A DNA stretch of 62,950 nucleotides, the filler included, from Octopus bimaculoides (Eukaryota): the NCBI RefSeq assembly GCF_001194135.2. It is 6 parts of 5 records of this genome, joined end to end, with 100 filler letters (N's around TTAATTAATTAA, not from the genome) between each part and the next. Parts side by side here need not be neighbours in the genome. Positions count along the whole stretch, not along the records: positions 20,651 to 36,433 come from NC_068991.1; positions 36,534 to 56,285 come from NC_068985.1; 4 more parts are not named here. One strand, written 5' to 3'. Made by a program: the position numbers and the translations under genes. The notes under the pieces were generated by a model. The model was not told the origin of the DNA, did no database searches, and worked only from the letters and a program-made list of their open reading frames with translations. This document shows positions 25,746 through 38,420 of this stretch, piece after piece. Numbering within the stretch: the stretch's first letter is position 1; every line of letters starts with the position of its first letter.

Positions 25746-25884
25746 ATTATTATTATGTAGTAGTAATAATAATAATAATAATAATGTGTTTTTTCTCTCT
25801 CTCTCGATGTTAAGGCCTCGTTGTCTGGTAATTCTTTTCTTTGTAATATTCCCCATCCGTTACCATTGTGGAAATGGGAGAAAA

Positions 25885-25938
<54 letters not shown>

Positions 25939-25943
25939 TGTTA

Positions 25944-25989
<46 letters not shown>

Positions 25990-26472
25990 TGTTATTATTA
26001 TTGTTATTATTATTCCTTATTATTGCCACTATACCATTTACATTGAGACAACTTAATCGATGCTTTTATTTCCCGCATGTTTGTATATATTCGCCTGCCC
26101 ACAACAGCACACACTCACATTCACGCACGCACAACGAACGTATACATTCTTACATGCAGTTATGTAAATGTATATCTACACTACTTAGAAGTGTTGGGAA
26201 ATCTAACGGACACCATTTTACAATTGTTTATTGTTGTTTGTATAAAACATGCAAGTTGTCATTATTAAAACAAATAATATCGGCCAGACATTTACTACTT
26301 TATAATGATGGCCAACAATGAACCTGTAGAATGAATCAAAGTGCTCAGAATTTCCGTGCATTACTAGTTTGAAACTACTGAGGAATCAATACTGGTCTAC
26401 TAATGTATGACTGTTGTGCTTTACCCAAGGAAAGAACTGTCTGTAGCACAGCGTGTGCTTAATCACTTCTTA

Positions 26473-26516
26473 TGACAGTTGCGGATTTCGCTGTTGAGAA
26501 CGTTCATCAGCTGTCA
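26473..26516 (-). ncRNA. Type I hammerhead-like motif, apparently missing U16.1
   Basis: UGACAG-CUGAUGA-ACGUUCUCAACAGC-GAAA-UCCGCAA-CUGUCA: perfect 6-bp stem I and core, imperfect stem II and cleavage site. Confidence 0.45.
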
Positions 26517-26897
26517 TCTACTCGGGTGACGCGGATCTCGCTTGGAGTGGATCTCGGCATGCCGTGGTGAATCATTCGCAAACAAGAGCTGAGGCTGCGG
26601 CATCATCAAGAATTTTTGGATTACAACGAAAAATGGGGTATGTTCACCAATTTGAAAGCACTTCAGTGTATGTGTTCATGTGTGAGTGTATATGTGTGTG
26701 AGTGTATGTGTTTGTTTGTGTATCTGTTGATCCCTATACACACAAACCCGTTTATTAACAGACTGCCAGAGCATTGATTGAAGAGTGCTAATTAAGAAAC
26801 CGTTCTCTCCTGATGATGAAACGTCATTTCCTGAAGCATGTTTCACGTCACATGATGTCACGTGATGACGGAGTGTTCTGGATCCAAAGAGATGAAC

Positions 26898-28231
26898 TCA
26901 ATATCTCGTGTGACCACCATTAGCGCTGATCACCGCCAGGCATCTTCTGTACATTGAATGCTCCAAACGATTGAGAAAGGCCATGAGGATAGCAACCCAC
27001 ACTCTGTTAAAACTTGCTGTGAGTTGTTCCGCAGTTGTCAGATTTGGACGGATGTCATTTAGCCCTCTTTGGATTTAATCCCACTTGTCCTCTATGGGGT
27101 TCAAGTCCGGACTTAGGACCGGCCAGGGCAGCGTCTGGAGGTTGTGCTGTTGAAGGAAGTCTGTTGTCAACCAGGCAGTATGGGCACGGGCGTTGTCGTG
27201 TTGGAACACGTGATTCTGATGATGGGCAAAGTATGACACTATGTGAGGCTTCAACACTTAGTCGATGTAGCGAGCAGCGGTTACTCCATCACCCCGGTCT
27301 TGGCCGATGTTTTGGAAGACCACCGGTTGAAGTTTTTTGCTGGTTGAGTGCAATCCCACCCCATACCATGATACTCTGTTCTCCCCATACAACCATCGGC
27401 ATGAACTTTACTCCTTCTCCAAGCCCTAGCTCCGCCTTCTGCTACAGAAATGCAATATCGACTTTTGTCAGAGAAGCCTATAGTCCTCCACTTCTGATAT
27501 CGCCAGTTCTGATGTCTTTGAGCTCACTGCAGACGTGTCCGTTGTTAACGATCTGTGAGGATGGGGCTCCTAACCTGACGTCGACAAGATAGATTGAAAG
27601 ATCTCAGCTGGCGGTGAAATGTCTCTGCACAAACGGGTCTGCGGTGAGTCCCTATGGTCTGTCTAGCTGATTCTGTTGCCCTCCAGAATCGGTCCTGCAA
27701 GTGATGTCAGTGCAGGGGGCGATCTTGATGTGCCGTTGTAACCCTCGGTCGGCCAGTGCATGGACGATCATCCGTGCTGTTTATGGCATTGTATCTTTCC
27801 CTCAGACATTCATTTGTCCTAATACTGCAGTTCAAGTCATTAGCAGTGACCCATGGACGTTGACCAGCCTGGAGCCGTCCGATGGCCTGCTCCTTCTGAT
27901 TTCGTGTCAGTCTTGGCATGCTTGCTGCGTTCGGAAAACGAATGACAGGCTGGTAAATCTGGGTGCCTTTTATCCCCACAGAGTCAAAGTTTTGCACGTG
28001 CATCATGTCTTTCATAAAGGTGTGTTCGCGAGCATTACCATATTCACGAATTGTGAGCAAGTTCGAACCCTACATGTAATCCTTGTCTTTTCAAAAAGAG
28101 AATGGTGTTGTTAGTCAATGACATCTTCCTGATGTTAAATTGCCTAGAAATGATAAAATCCATATAATCTCAATATCGTGTATGAAACAAATAACCTTTC
28201 ACAGTGCGACGTTTCTTTTGTAGTTCAGCAG
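26898..28231 (-). mobile_element. Tc1-like transposon, defective (ATG ~27919, stop ~26898)
   Basis: MPRLTRNQKEQAIGRLQAG...TGRPRVTT, FSDKS, VFQHDNARAHTA, PWPVLSPDLNPIE, NGGHTRY*; 5' terminus ctgctgaactacaaaagaaacg abuts (TA)n. Confidence 0.85.
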
Positions 28232-28959
28232 TATATATATATATATATATATNNNNNNNNNNNNNNNNNNNNNNNNNNNNNNNNNNNNNNNNNNNNNNNN
28301 NNNNNNNNNNNNNNNNNNNNNNNNNNNNNNNNNNNNNNNNNNNNNNNNNNNNNNNNNNNNNNNNNNNNNNNNNNNNNNNNNNNNNNNNNNNNNNNNNNNN
28401 NNNNNNNNNNNNNNNNNNNNNNNNNNNNNNNNNNNNNNNNNNNNNTATATAAAGAAGAAAAAGCTTTGAAAACTTAATCATGGAAATAAAAAAAGAAAGA
28501 TTAATTGAATCGATTTTATTTCATTCTCTTTTGTTTTATTTCAGCATGACTAAATCGTTATATTAAAACGATTGAACAGTAGCATATTTTGCTCTATAAT
28601 AACTTACCGCCTGACCGTCGTACCTTGTACCTTGCTTCTGCCTATATTTTGCCAGACTGGAGCCTTCACTTTTCCGCTTCTTGTTGAAAGGATGCGTTCC
28701 AGTGGTCAGGCAGACTGTCTATTTCCAGTGCTCTCTCAAAGGTACACTTGGCATGCCTTCTCTGCTGATGCGCAGCCACCAACAAATTTTTCCCTGGACG
28801 GTGAGCCGTTGTGGATTTTGTTTGTAAGACACACTTTCCACATCTGATATCTTTCACAGAGGTGCAGACCTTTGCCAAGAAAACGCCATGACTGGGTGCC
28901 TGGCATCTGAAATGTCAAGCGCTTACCACCCTCTAATAATCAATCACTGCGTTTGTCGA

Positions 28960-29550
28960 AGATCGATGTTAGCAATATATAGGAGATCTAGTGGCGGGAA
29001 ATAGCGACGTCATTCTCGGAGAAATTCTAGGCATCAACGAAGATGAACTAACGGATCTGTTTCGAAGGACTTTCATACCGGGAGCTACCATGGATAACTT
29101 CCAGATACCCCTGGTTTGGCAGTGCTACCAATGAGTAATGCCAGTTCGAGATAGACTCTACAACAATGGAAACGCTGCCAAGGGGGACTGCCTGACGTGT
29201 ATGCTGAACGACAAAACAGTACAACACGCACTCGTGCACGGCCCGCAAATTGATGACTTGTGGGATATTGTCGAACAGCTGTTGTCATGTGTAAGATTAA
29301 TCCGAATATCAGCCGTGTCAAAGGTGCGGATTGCCCTACCTTCCATCTTTAACAAGGTAACGCAGGCAGTGTTCCTCTGTGGCTATTTCGATAGAGATTG
29401 CGTGGTGAACGACGCTTAAAAGATTGAGGAAGGATATCTTTCTCTTTGGTCAAGCACTCATTGACTTATTCATGTCCCAATTGGAAAGGAAAGTGATGGC
29501 TGATAGGAAAGTGCTACCTTCCATTGAATTTGAGGATAAGATGGGAAACT
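28960..29550 (+). mobile_element. L1/Tx1-type ORF2 C-terminal (zinc-knuckle region) relic
   Basis: DNFQIPLVWQCYQ*VMPVRDRLY...GDCLTC...TVQHALVH..W matches the zf-RVT-type CxxC...H..C pattern. Confidence 0.7.
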
Positions 29551-29769
29551 GCGGTAAAAAAAGGGGGGGCGGTTAGTGTGAATGGACCTACTCTACATAT
29601 TTGCCTGTAGATTGGAGAAAAAGAGTTGGGTAAAGACTGGTGTCTTTGATTGTCTGAATAATCCTGGACTTGTGGAGCTTGATGGGCCTTATTTGGAGGT
29701 TTTCTGTATCGGAAGGACTACATCGTTCACGTATGTTGTATACTATGTATATCATGCATACCATTATTT

Positions 29770-29895
29770 AGCAATAGCAGCAGTACAACGGCGGCGGCAG
29801 CGCAGCAGCAGCAGTAGCAGCAGCAGTAGCAGCAGCAGTAGCAACAGCAGTAGCAGCAGCAGCACCAGTAGTAGTAGTAGTAGTAGTAGTAGTAG
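29770..29895. repeat. (AGC/AGT)n microsatellite
   Basis: Direct reading. Confidence 0.9.
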
Positions 29896-29981
29896 TCAGT
29901 TTGAAAATACGTGGCCCGATTTAAGTTAATTCCCTTTGCTCTCGCTTTCTGTACTTAAGAAAATTATCAGTGGTGGTTCTA

Positions 29982-30340
29982 TGTTGTTGTTGTTGGCACT
30001 CCGTCGCTTACGACGTCGAGGGTTCCTGTGAAATTAACGTGCAAGTGGCTGAGCACTCCACAGACACATGTACCCTTAACGTAGTTCTCGGGGATATTCA
30101 GCGTGACACGGTGTGACAAGGCTGACCCTTTGAATTACAGGCACAACAGAAACAGGAAGTAAGAGTGAGAGAAAGTTGTGGTGAAAGAGTACAGCAGGGT
30201 TCGCCATCATCCCCTGCCGGAGCCTCGTGGAGCTTTAAGTGTTTCGCTCAATAAACACTCACAACGCCCGGTCTGGGAATCGAAACCGCGATCCTATGAC
30301 CGCGAGTCCGCTGCCCTAACCATTGGGCCACTGCGCCTCC
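29982..30340 (-). mobile_element. SINE family C, full length: tRNA head, body, (CAA)n tail, ~11-bp TSD
   Basis: Head ggaggcgcagtggcccaatggttagggcagcggactcgcgg...ggtttcgattccc; tail gtgccaacaacaac; flanks ggtggttctat / ggtggctctat. Confidence 0.9.
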
Positions 30341-30689
30341 ACGGTGGCTCTATATGTCCCTACTTATCAGAACCTTTGTCAATTGATCAAAAACATGCGC
30401 CAGTAGCTTATGCTATACTGATAAGATTTATTAAGATCAAAACATGTCCATGGCTGTCACCGTGTTCGATAACAAAGATCAGATTTTATCACTTGGTATA
30501 AAAATATTTTTTCTGCGAAATTGATGTCTAAATTCTTGGAATTATTTCTCTTTCTTTGAAATTTGCTGATTATAAATGACAGTTTTAGTTTTCTATTCTC
30601 CAACTAAGAAGGCAAAGTTCTCTTCATTAAAAACAACGTTTTGCGCACGTCACTAAGTATGCCGTCGATCCATCTCCACCGCCCACTTT

Positions 30690-31300
30690 TCCTTAGAGTA
30701 TCGTGGGTGTAGAGTCCTCAGACACCTCCATAGGGTCCTATCAGAAGCAATTGTCATTGGATTTTTCTTGTTGTATTGCCAAGCGTGACCAACTGAGACT
30801 GAATATTATCCAACCATTTCGTTCTTGGTCTACCTTTGGTCTCCTGCCAGTGACTCAGCTTCAAGAATCCATCTAGGGACTCTTTCCTGCAACATTCTGT
30901 TCACGTGATCTTTGTACCGGAGCTGTGATTTCTCAATGTGGAGAGGTAGCGGTTCGACCTGAAGAAAACTCTGTGAGACCCGTACTACGCTGCCTGTTGA
31001 GTAACTTTATTCAAGAGATATTTCGGCCACTTGTCTTCGCGTTCATAGTCTTTCGATCATTATTCAACATTCATAACCATAGAAGACAACAGGCACGTAA
31101 ACGGTATTGAAGATCGTGGCTTTTTTACCAACCCCTTCTTTTTCCAAGGATCGAATGCTGGAACTGGCGGATTACTTTACCAGCTCCTCCAATTCTCTAA
31201 CATCTACTTCACCTTTCTGCCTTCTGTGACTTACCTGAAGTATATAAATTCATGCCGTTACCCATTTTGAGTTACTTCCCTTAGCCTACTTTTCGTAAGC
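30690..31300 (-). mobile_element. RTE-type LINE 3' RT fragment, degenerate
   Basis: YVPVVFYGYE...QVEPLPLHIEKSQLRYKDHVNRM...IASDRTLW. Confidence 0.7.
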
Positions 31301-31758
31301 ACGCATTAATACCTCGTTGACAAAATATGGATAGTGATACGGCAATAATACTTGGCAAGACATTCACTTAACAAATCGGTCTCAAGACTCATTAATATTC
31401 ATATTTCTTTTTTTAATCTAAAAACAAACGACAGAAGCTATGAATTGTTAAGTGAAAATAAAAGATTTTTATGAACGGTCAATAGTTTCGTAAATATTCA
31501 TACATGTTTGGAGGGAAAATGGAGGAGTTGGTGCGTGGACTAAAAATCAAAGATATTATTTGATCACATACAATAGTTTTTTTTTTTCTGTTTTGTTTTT
31601 TCCTTTATTCTTACTAAACGTTTTAGAAAACATAAATGAGAAAGACGACACATTAGCCTATATAATGTAACATCTTTAGTTGAATTGTTTGTGTGTGTAT
31701 GTTCATATACATATATACATTTGTGCGTGCGTGTGTGTGTGCGTGCGCACGTGTGTAC

Positions 31759-31939
<181 letters not shown>

Positions 31940-32982
31940 GTTGCCTATGTATATATGAGTGTGTGTATTACATGAATATTTATATTTATATACACAGATA
32001 TATCGTAAATACATACACACGCACACGCACTCACTCATACACACATATATATGTAGATGTATGTACGTATGTACGTGTGTATGTNNNNNNNNNNNNNNNN
32101 NNNNNNNNNNNNNNNNNNNNNNNNNNNNNNNNNNNNNNNNNNNNNNNNNNNNNNNNNNNNNNNNNNNNNNNNNNNNNNNNNNNNNNNNNNNNNNNNNNNN
32201 NNNNNNNNNNNNNNNNNNNNNNNNNNNNNNNNNNNNNNNNNNNNNNNNNNNNNNNNNNNNNNNNNNNNNNNNNNNNNNNNNNNNNNNNNNNNNNNNNNNN
32301 NNNNNNNNNNNNNNNNNNNNNNNNNNNNNNNNNNNNNNNNNNNNNNNNNNNNNNNNNNNNNNNNNNNNNNNNNNNNNNNNNTAGATAGATAGATAGATGT
32401 GTGCATATATATATTTGTGCGTGTGTATGTGTATGCATATGTATTTATATAAATATGTTTAAATAAATGTGTGCATCTGTTTATTCAGGTATAGAAATCT
32501 TTGTATACATTTATACATACATATAACGCATTCAAATATGTTTGCATGTACACACACACGCACGCACACACACACACATACACGTATGTATATGTACACA
32601 TATATGTGTGTATATAGATAGACACACACTTCTTATATATATGTATGTGTGCATATGTATATAGTAAAAACACATGAACCTATACAGTACAATTTTAATT
32701 CATCTCATACAAACATTTAATTACTAAGAGTCCGCAATGACTCGACAAAGGCCGGTGCTTTGGTATTCATCTACGTGAATTAAACTAATTGTAGGGGGTG
32801 TACCTGAAACACACCACAGAAAGAAAGACTGGAATCTTGATCCCAAGTCGCCTATTAGAATATATCAAAATATTTTGGCGACAATTCGTAATGGGGCACT
32901 TGTATTGGGCACCCTGCATGCAATACATCCGTTCGTTTCTTGCGTTTTTTGACCGAGTTACGATCGTGGGTCACGTTTATTT

Positions 32983-33132
32983 CGAGGTTGGTCATTTGGT
33001 ATCAAGAACGTTGCCAGGAACTGACGCCAGGCTACTAGCTGGACAACACATTATATCGAGCAGAGTTTTTCAACGAGCAGAGTTTTTATCTCTGGACTAC
33101 TTTGATTTCTATTGTACTCAAATGGACCCTCG
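32983..33132. mobile_element. Possible mariner-derived MITE (~150 bp)
   Basis: Ends cgaggttggtcatttg / caaatggaccctcg(ta) are imperfect inverted repeats of the CGAGG mariner type. Confidence 0.35.
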
Positions 33133-33264
33133 TAGCTATTCGATGTTTAAAAATACATATTTTTACAATTAAATATTATTAGGAATTGTAATTTAAAAAA
33201 TGTTAATGACACATTGAAGGAGGTGCTTTTCGCCACTCACCAAAATGAATGAAGCTTTGGTAGG

Positions 33265-33565
33265 AGAAACTGATGTCATCAGGCGGTACCCAGCGTTCAT
33301 CGGGAGTTTGGACCCTAAACCGTAACCCCTCCTGTTGGTGGGTCAGCAGAGGTGGCCAACTCATTGCTCCTCATCTCCTCCTGGCTTCCAGCTCAACTTC
33401 TCTTTCTTGCTCCAAAGTTAACAAGTGGCTCTTTCAGCTGCCTCTCCCATTCTGTGCACGGCCACCCATCACTCCATACTTCTCATTCCAGTGGCTGTAA
33501 GCTTCCTCCATGCCAACTGGACAAGGAACCACCTACGGCCAACCTAGATTGGGAAAAGCCATAAG
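33265..33565 (-). mobile_element. Hero-like (RLE) non-LTR element 3' end
   Basis: FPI*VGRRWF..LAWRKL...RMGEAAERATC*LWSKKEKLSWKPG, resembling the recalled Hero C-terminus PVEVGCRGF...GEAAERAS.WLW...SW. Confidence 0.6.
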
Positions 33566-33989
33566 GGGAATTATATAAAAAAAATTAAAATATTTTGTTT
33601 TGTAGACGTTTAAGCAATTTATTGCTCACAAATTTTAGCATCCGAAACCTATAAAGACCTTCCCCAGCCAACCAAGTGCCATATGGACCCTAGTTCAGAA
33701 ACCCTGGTATAGGGGCTTTGTTGTGGGTATAAGCGACGATAGCCTTGAATTGATTTTGGGTATTGACAAGAGCAATTTGAGTTGCCTCTTCTAAGGACTT
33801 TCAGGCTGGAGATTGAGGTGAGTAATGTAGAAGTGGAGGATAGGAACCGCCTTGCTTGTTCGAGACATAGTCCTGGAAGCACGGAGATACAAAGAGCCGA
33901 ACCTTCCGAGATGCGCACAAGAGGCGAAACCCGTCCTGCACGTTTCCGCTCAGTGTCTATATGTTACCGATTTGGGGACAAAATACTCC

Positions 33990-34140
33990 GGACAAAATGC
34001 TTAGCGGCATTTCTTCTGATTTTACGTTCTGAGTTCAAATTCCGCCGAGGTCGTCTTTTCCTTTCATCCTCTCGTACACTCGACAAACCCGTCTCCTTCA
34101 AAATTTCAGGCCTGGTGCTTATAGTAGAAAGGATTAATAT
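33990..34140 (+). mobile_element. SINE family A, internally deleted
   Basis: aaatgcttagcggcatttc...gagttcaaattccgccgagg...atagtagaaaggatt. Confidence 0.75.
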
Positions 34141-34796
34141 CATTCGCAGCAGTATTAGTAGCTGTTGTTGTAATTGTGACAGCGAAGGCTGTAGTAGGCG
34201 GAGAAGGAGTAGTAAAGCAGAGAGCCGGTAGAGGCAGCAGCGGCGGCGGCAGTAAGCGTCATTGGCCAATGAATTGCAGATAAAATGCAATGATGTGCAC
34301 AAAAGTGTGCATCAATCGGCAATAAGGAAGACATCTATTCTCTACTAAAACTGACATTAAAACCAGGAAAAGGAAAGAAAGACTCTCCTTAGAAAGACAT
34401 CAATCTTCGACGAACGTCGGCCACAGACGTTCACAGTAAAAATGTTTAAGAGGTTGTCTCTGTTGCAGTCGTTGCTCCTGTTACTATTCCTCTTCGTTTT
34501 GGCTTTTTTTTTCTTCTTTTTTTATCTTCATCATATTTGTCAATCAATATCATCTCCATAATTGTCTCTCCAGCAGCTTCGTAATCATCATCATCGTCAT
34601 CGTCGATGACTGGCTACGGTAGTGCTGGCTGCACAATCGTTGTCTCATCATTGTCGCCATCACCATAATCATCATCATGATCATCATCATTGAAAACAGC
34701 AACAACAACAACATCAACAACAATATCATCATCATTCTTTCCGTGACCTTTGACAGTGGCTGCAACATACATATACGCCTGCACATATATATCCAT

Positions 34797-34870
34797 ATAT
34801 ACATTCATAAATATGTGTATATACATTCATAAATATGTGTATATACATTCATAAATATGTGTATATACAT
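34797..34870. repeat. 22-bp minisatellite, ~3 units
   Basis: atatacattcataaatatgtgt repeated. Confidence 0.9.
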
Positions 34871-35798
34871 GCATACAAAGGATACAGAGAGAGNNNNNNN
34901 NNNNNNNNNNNNNNNNNNNNNNNNNNNNNNNNNNNNNNNNNNNNNNNNNNNNNNNNNNNNNNNNNNNNNNNNNNNNNNNNNNNNNNNNNNNNNNNNNNNN
35001 NNNNNNNNNNNNNNNNNNNNNNNNNNNNNNNNNNNNNNNNNNNNNNNNNNNNNNNNNNNNNNNNNNNNNNNNNNNNNNNNNNNNNNNNNNNNNNNNNNNN
35101 NNNNNNNNNNNNNNNNNNNNNNNNNNNNNNNNNNNNNNNNNNNNNNNNNNNNNNNNNNNNNNNNNNNNNNNNNNNNNNNNNNNNNNNNNNNNNNNNNNNN
35201 NNNNNNNNNNNNNNNNNNNNNNNNNNNNNNNNNNNNNNNNNNNNNNNNNNNNNNNNNNNNNNNNNNNNNNNNNNNNNNNNNNNNNNNNNNNNNNNNNNNN
35301 NNNNNNNNNNNNNNNNNNNNNNNNNNNNNNNNNNNNNNNNNNNNNNNNNNNNNNNNNNNNNNNNNNNNNNNNNNNNNNNNNNNNNNNNNNNNNNNNNNNN
35401 NNNNNNNNNNNNNNNNNNNNNNNNNNNNNNNNNNNNNNNNNNNNNNNNNNNNNNNNNNNNNNNNNNNNNNNNNNNNNNNNNNNNNNNNNNNNNNNNNNNN
35501 NNNNNNNNNNNNNNNNNNNNNNNNNNNNNNNNNNNNNNNNNNNNNNNNNNNNNNNNNNNNNNNNNNNNNNNNNNNNNNNNNNNNNNNNNNNNNNNNNNNN
35601 NNNNNNNNNNNNNNNNNNNNNNNNNNNNNNNNNNNNNNNNNNNNNNNNNNNNNNNNNNNNNNNNNNNNNNNNNNNNNNNNNNNNNNNTCTTTTGCCTAAC
35701 CGCTAGACTACGGGGAGATAAACACAGTATCATTGGTTGTCAAACGATGGTAGGGGAGACAAACACACAAATACATATATATATATATATATATATAT

Positions 35799-35980
35799 AG
35801 GGAGAATTCACGAAAAAACAACAGACGAAGATAGGTGGTGTAGACAACAAATTGATGTATTAGTATAACGCTCGGGAATAGAGAAAGTCTTTAACGTTTC
35901 GAGCCTACGCTCTTCAACAGAAAGGAACACACAAAGAAACAAGGAGAGAAAAAAATGTGTGTAGTGGTCAACGATTTATC
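35799..35980 (-). mobile_element. Short Penelope-like/retrozyme-like repeat (family H1), copy 2
   Basis: Homologous to 19787-19995; carries the hammerhead-like motif. Confidence 0.65.
35889..35924 (-). ncRNA. Minimal type I hammerhead-like motif (A6U variant)
   Basis: CUUU-CUGUUGA-A-GAGC GUAG GCUC-GAAAC-GUU-AAAG: stem I CUUU/AAAG, stem II 4 bp, palindromic ACGU stem III. Confidence 0.55.
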
Positions 35981-36390
35981 AAGGTGCCACGCAGTGGGAC
36001 TGAAATCGAAACGATGTGGTTGGGAAGCAATCTTCTTACCACACAGCCACTCCTGCGCCTATGTGCATATATACTTATCTGTGTGTTTTTATGTATGAAT
36101 ATTATCCATGCACCCATGTGTATGGCATACATTTCTTCGTCTTCCTTCATAAATATAAGGCTATCTACCACCCTACATATCTGTCTGTGTGTCGGTGTCT
36201 GTCTGTCTCTCTGTCTGTCTAATTTATATTTCTGTCTGTTTCTTTCTCTCTCCCTACCTCTCTTCCTCTATTTGATGTATGTATTTGTGTATATATATGT
36301 GTGTGTGTTTGAGTGTGTGTGTGTGTGTATACATATATATATGTGTGTGTGTGTGTGCGTGTGTGTGTGTGTAGATATATAAGATATATA

Positions 36391-36433
<43 letters not shown>

Positions 36434-36477
36434 NNNNNNNNNNNNNNNNNNNNNNNNNNNNNNNNNNNNNNNNNNNN

Positions 36478-36489
36478 TTAATTAATTAA
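36478..36489. other. Artificial scaffold linker TTAATTAATTAA
   Basis: 44 N + linker + 44 N. Confidence 0.95.
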
Positions 36490-37650
36490 NNNNNNNNNNN
36501 NNNNNNNNNNNNNNNNNNNNNNNNNNNNNNNNNTATATATATATGTACATACATATATATATATATTCTGGGAACGCAAAAAAGCCCTTTTCAGAGTTAT
36601 TTACTTTGAATTGTTATCTCATATCTGATTATCCTGTTATTACGTAACGTGCTTCACGATTTTGGTATACATACCTTATTGGTATTTCGTCCTAGTTTTA
36701 TATACTCTGGAAACACATTAAAGCCCTTTTCGGGGTTACTTTATTTGAATTCTTACTAACGGATAACTAATTTCATGTTATTACATAATTGACTTCATAA
36801 TTTGGGTATTGACAACTTATTGGGAATTCCTAAAAACAAGATCCTATGTAAGACAGTTCGGTATTCTCTGTAAATGCACAAAAACTGTTTTAAGGGCTAC
36901 ATACTTTGTATTGTTGTTATTGGATTAGCGAAACAATTATGAGAATGGAACCAAGGGATAAGCTCCACTTTTCCGGGAATTACCGAGTACGTCAGCTAAT
37001 ATATANNNNNNNNNNNNNNNNNNNNNNNNNNNNNNNNNNNNNNNNNNNNNNNNNNNNNNNNNNNNNNNNNNNNNNNNNNNNNNNNNNNNNNNNNNNNNNN
37101 NNNNNNNNNNNNNNNNNNNNNNNNNNNNNNNNNNNNNNNNNNNNNNNNNNNNNNNNNNNNNNNNNNNNNNNNNNNNNNNNNNNNNNNNNNNNNNNNNNNN
37201 NNNNNNNNNNNNNNNNNNNNNNNNNNNNNNNNNNNNNNNNNNNNNNNNNNNNNNNNNNNNNNNNNNNNNNNNNNNNNNNNNNNNNNNNNNNNNNNNNNNN
37301 NNNNNNNNNNNNNNNNNNNNNNNNNNNNNNNNNNNNNNNNNNNNNNNNNNNNNNNNNNNNNNNNNNNNNNNNNNNNNNNNNNNNNNNNNNNNNNNNNNNN
37401 NNNNNNNNNNNNNNNNNNNNNNNNNNNNNNNNNNNNNNNNNNNNNNNNNNNNNNNNNNNNNNNNNNNNNNNNNNNNNNNNNNNNNNNTATATATATAAAA
37501 GGTAAGTAGAGTTAGCGGTTGTAGTACCCGACTAAGAGATAAAAATATCCGTATTTACTATCGATATCAGTTACCTAGCCTCTTCTCATGCTCATGTTCT
37601 TTCCTATTTCCTCTTCCCTTCGTTTATTTTATTTTACGCATTTGTATTCA

Positions 37651-37761
37651 CTCTGATGAAGCTCCACGTACAAGATCGTATGTCCTATGAAGATGATGAA
37701 TATTACTTTCGAAATACTTTCGTAAGCACTGACTGGCATTGGAATCGGAAACGGCTGTAAG
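37651..37761 (+). ncRNA. Hammerhead-like core with ~85-nt stem II insert
   Basis: CU-CUGAUGA-A...GAAAC-GGCU-GUA-AG; stem I only 2 bp and stem II closure is poor. Confidence 0.3.
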
Positions 37762-38420
37762 AAATGTTATGTCATGTTTTGTATTAAAAAATGATCTACA
37801 GATGTGGTCCAATTTGTTTGTTTGTGGATCAAAAGTTTTCTCCATTTTCTGATTATTTAAATTATATATATATCTACTACATATGTAGGGAATTCTGCTT
37901 ATGGTGTGTTTGTGGAGTTGTTAGCTAACTCCTTGTACATTGTTTTATCGAGTTTGATGAAAGTTGATACGTGAGTAGAACTCATGTCTGGAAACCTCAT
38001 GGCATACTCAGATTGTTGAAAAAAATCGATAGTAGAACCCCTTCAAGGGATCCTTATATGCACCTAATATATTTCATTTAAAAATTCAAGGGAAATAACC
38101 CATTCACCTCTGGAAGGGATTCTCATATATAGCCAAGGGAAATAACCCATTTATTTCCACTAATTTATTTGCTAAAAATGAAATTGATTATGTTTCTTTC
38201 TTAGTATTTGAACTGTTAGAGTTATTTTCGTAATTTATCCAGTACAACCCTAAAAGAAGTAAATTGAATTTTCCTAAAAAATAGATCCACTTATTTCGGT
38301 TAGTGACTTATTCTCGAATATACCAACACTAGCGTCCCTGAGGGTAATATTCTCAGGAAACGCACAAAAGCCCTTTTCAGAGTTATTTACTTTGAATTGT
38401 TATTATCTCATATCTGATTA

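Larger units (their letters stand above)
35688..36060 (-). mobile_element. SINE family B interrupted by family H1 repeat
   Basis: Head at 35981-36060 and body at 35688-35775 both match 49033-49435; H1 copy and (TA)n lie between them. Confidence 0.75.

Noticed and set aside
24308-26056. Long poly-I/N/Y/L ORFs, and similar poly-X, HT, VC, YI and poly-E ORFs across the track
   Set aside because: Translations of microsatellites and N-gaps.
28600-28905. Cys-containing minus-strand frame with splice-like signals
   Set aside because: No frame is open from acceptor to the GTAAGT donor and no family is recognised.
30268-30340. tRNA-like sequence
   Set aside because: It is the head of a SINE with body, tail and TSD; acceptor and anticodon stems are not intact.
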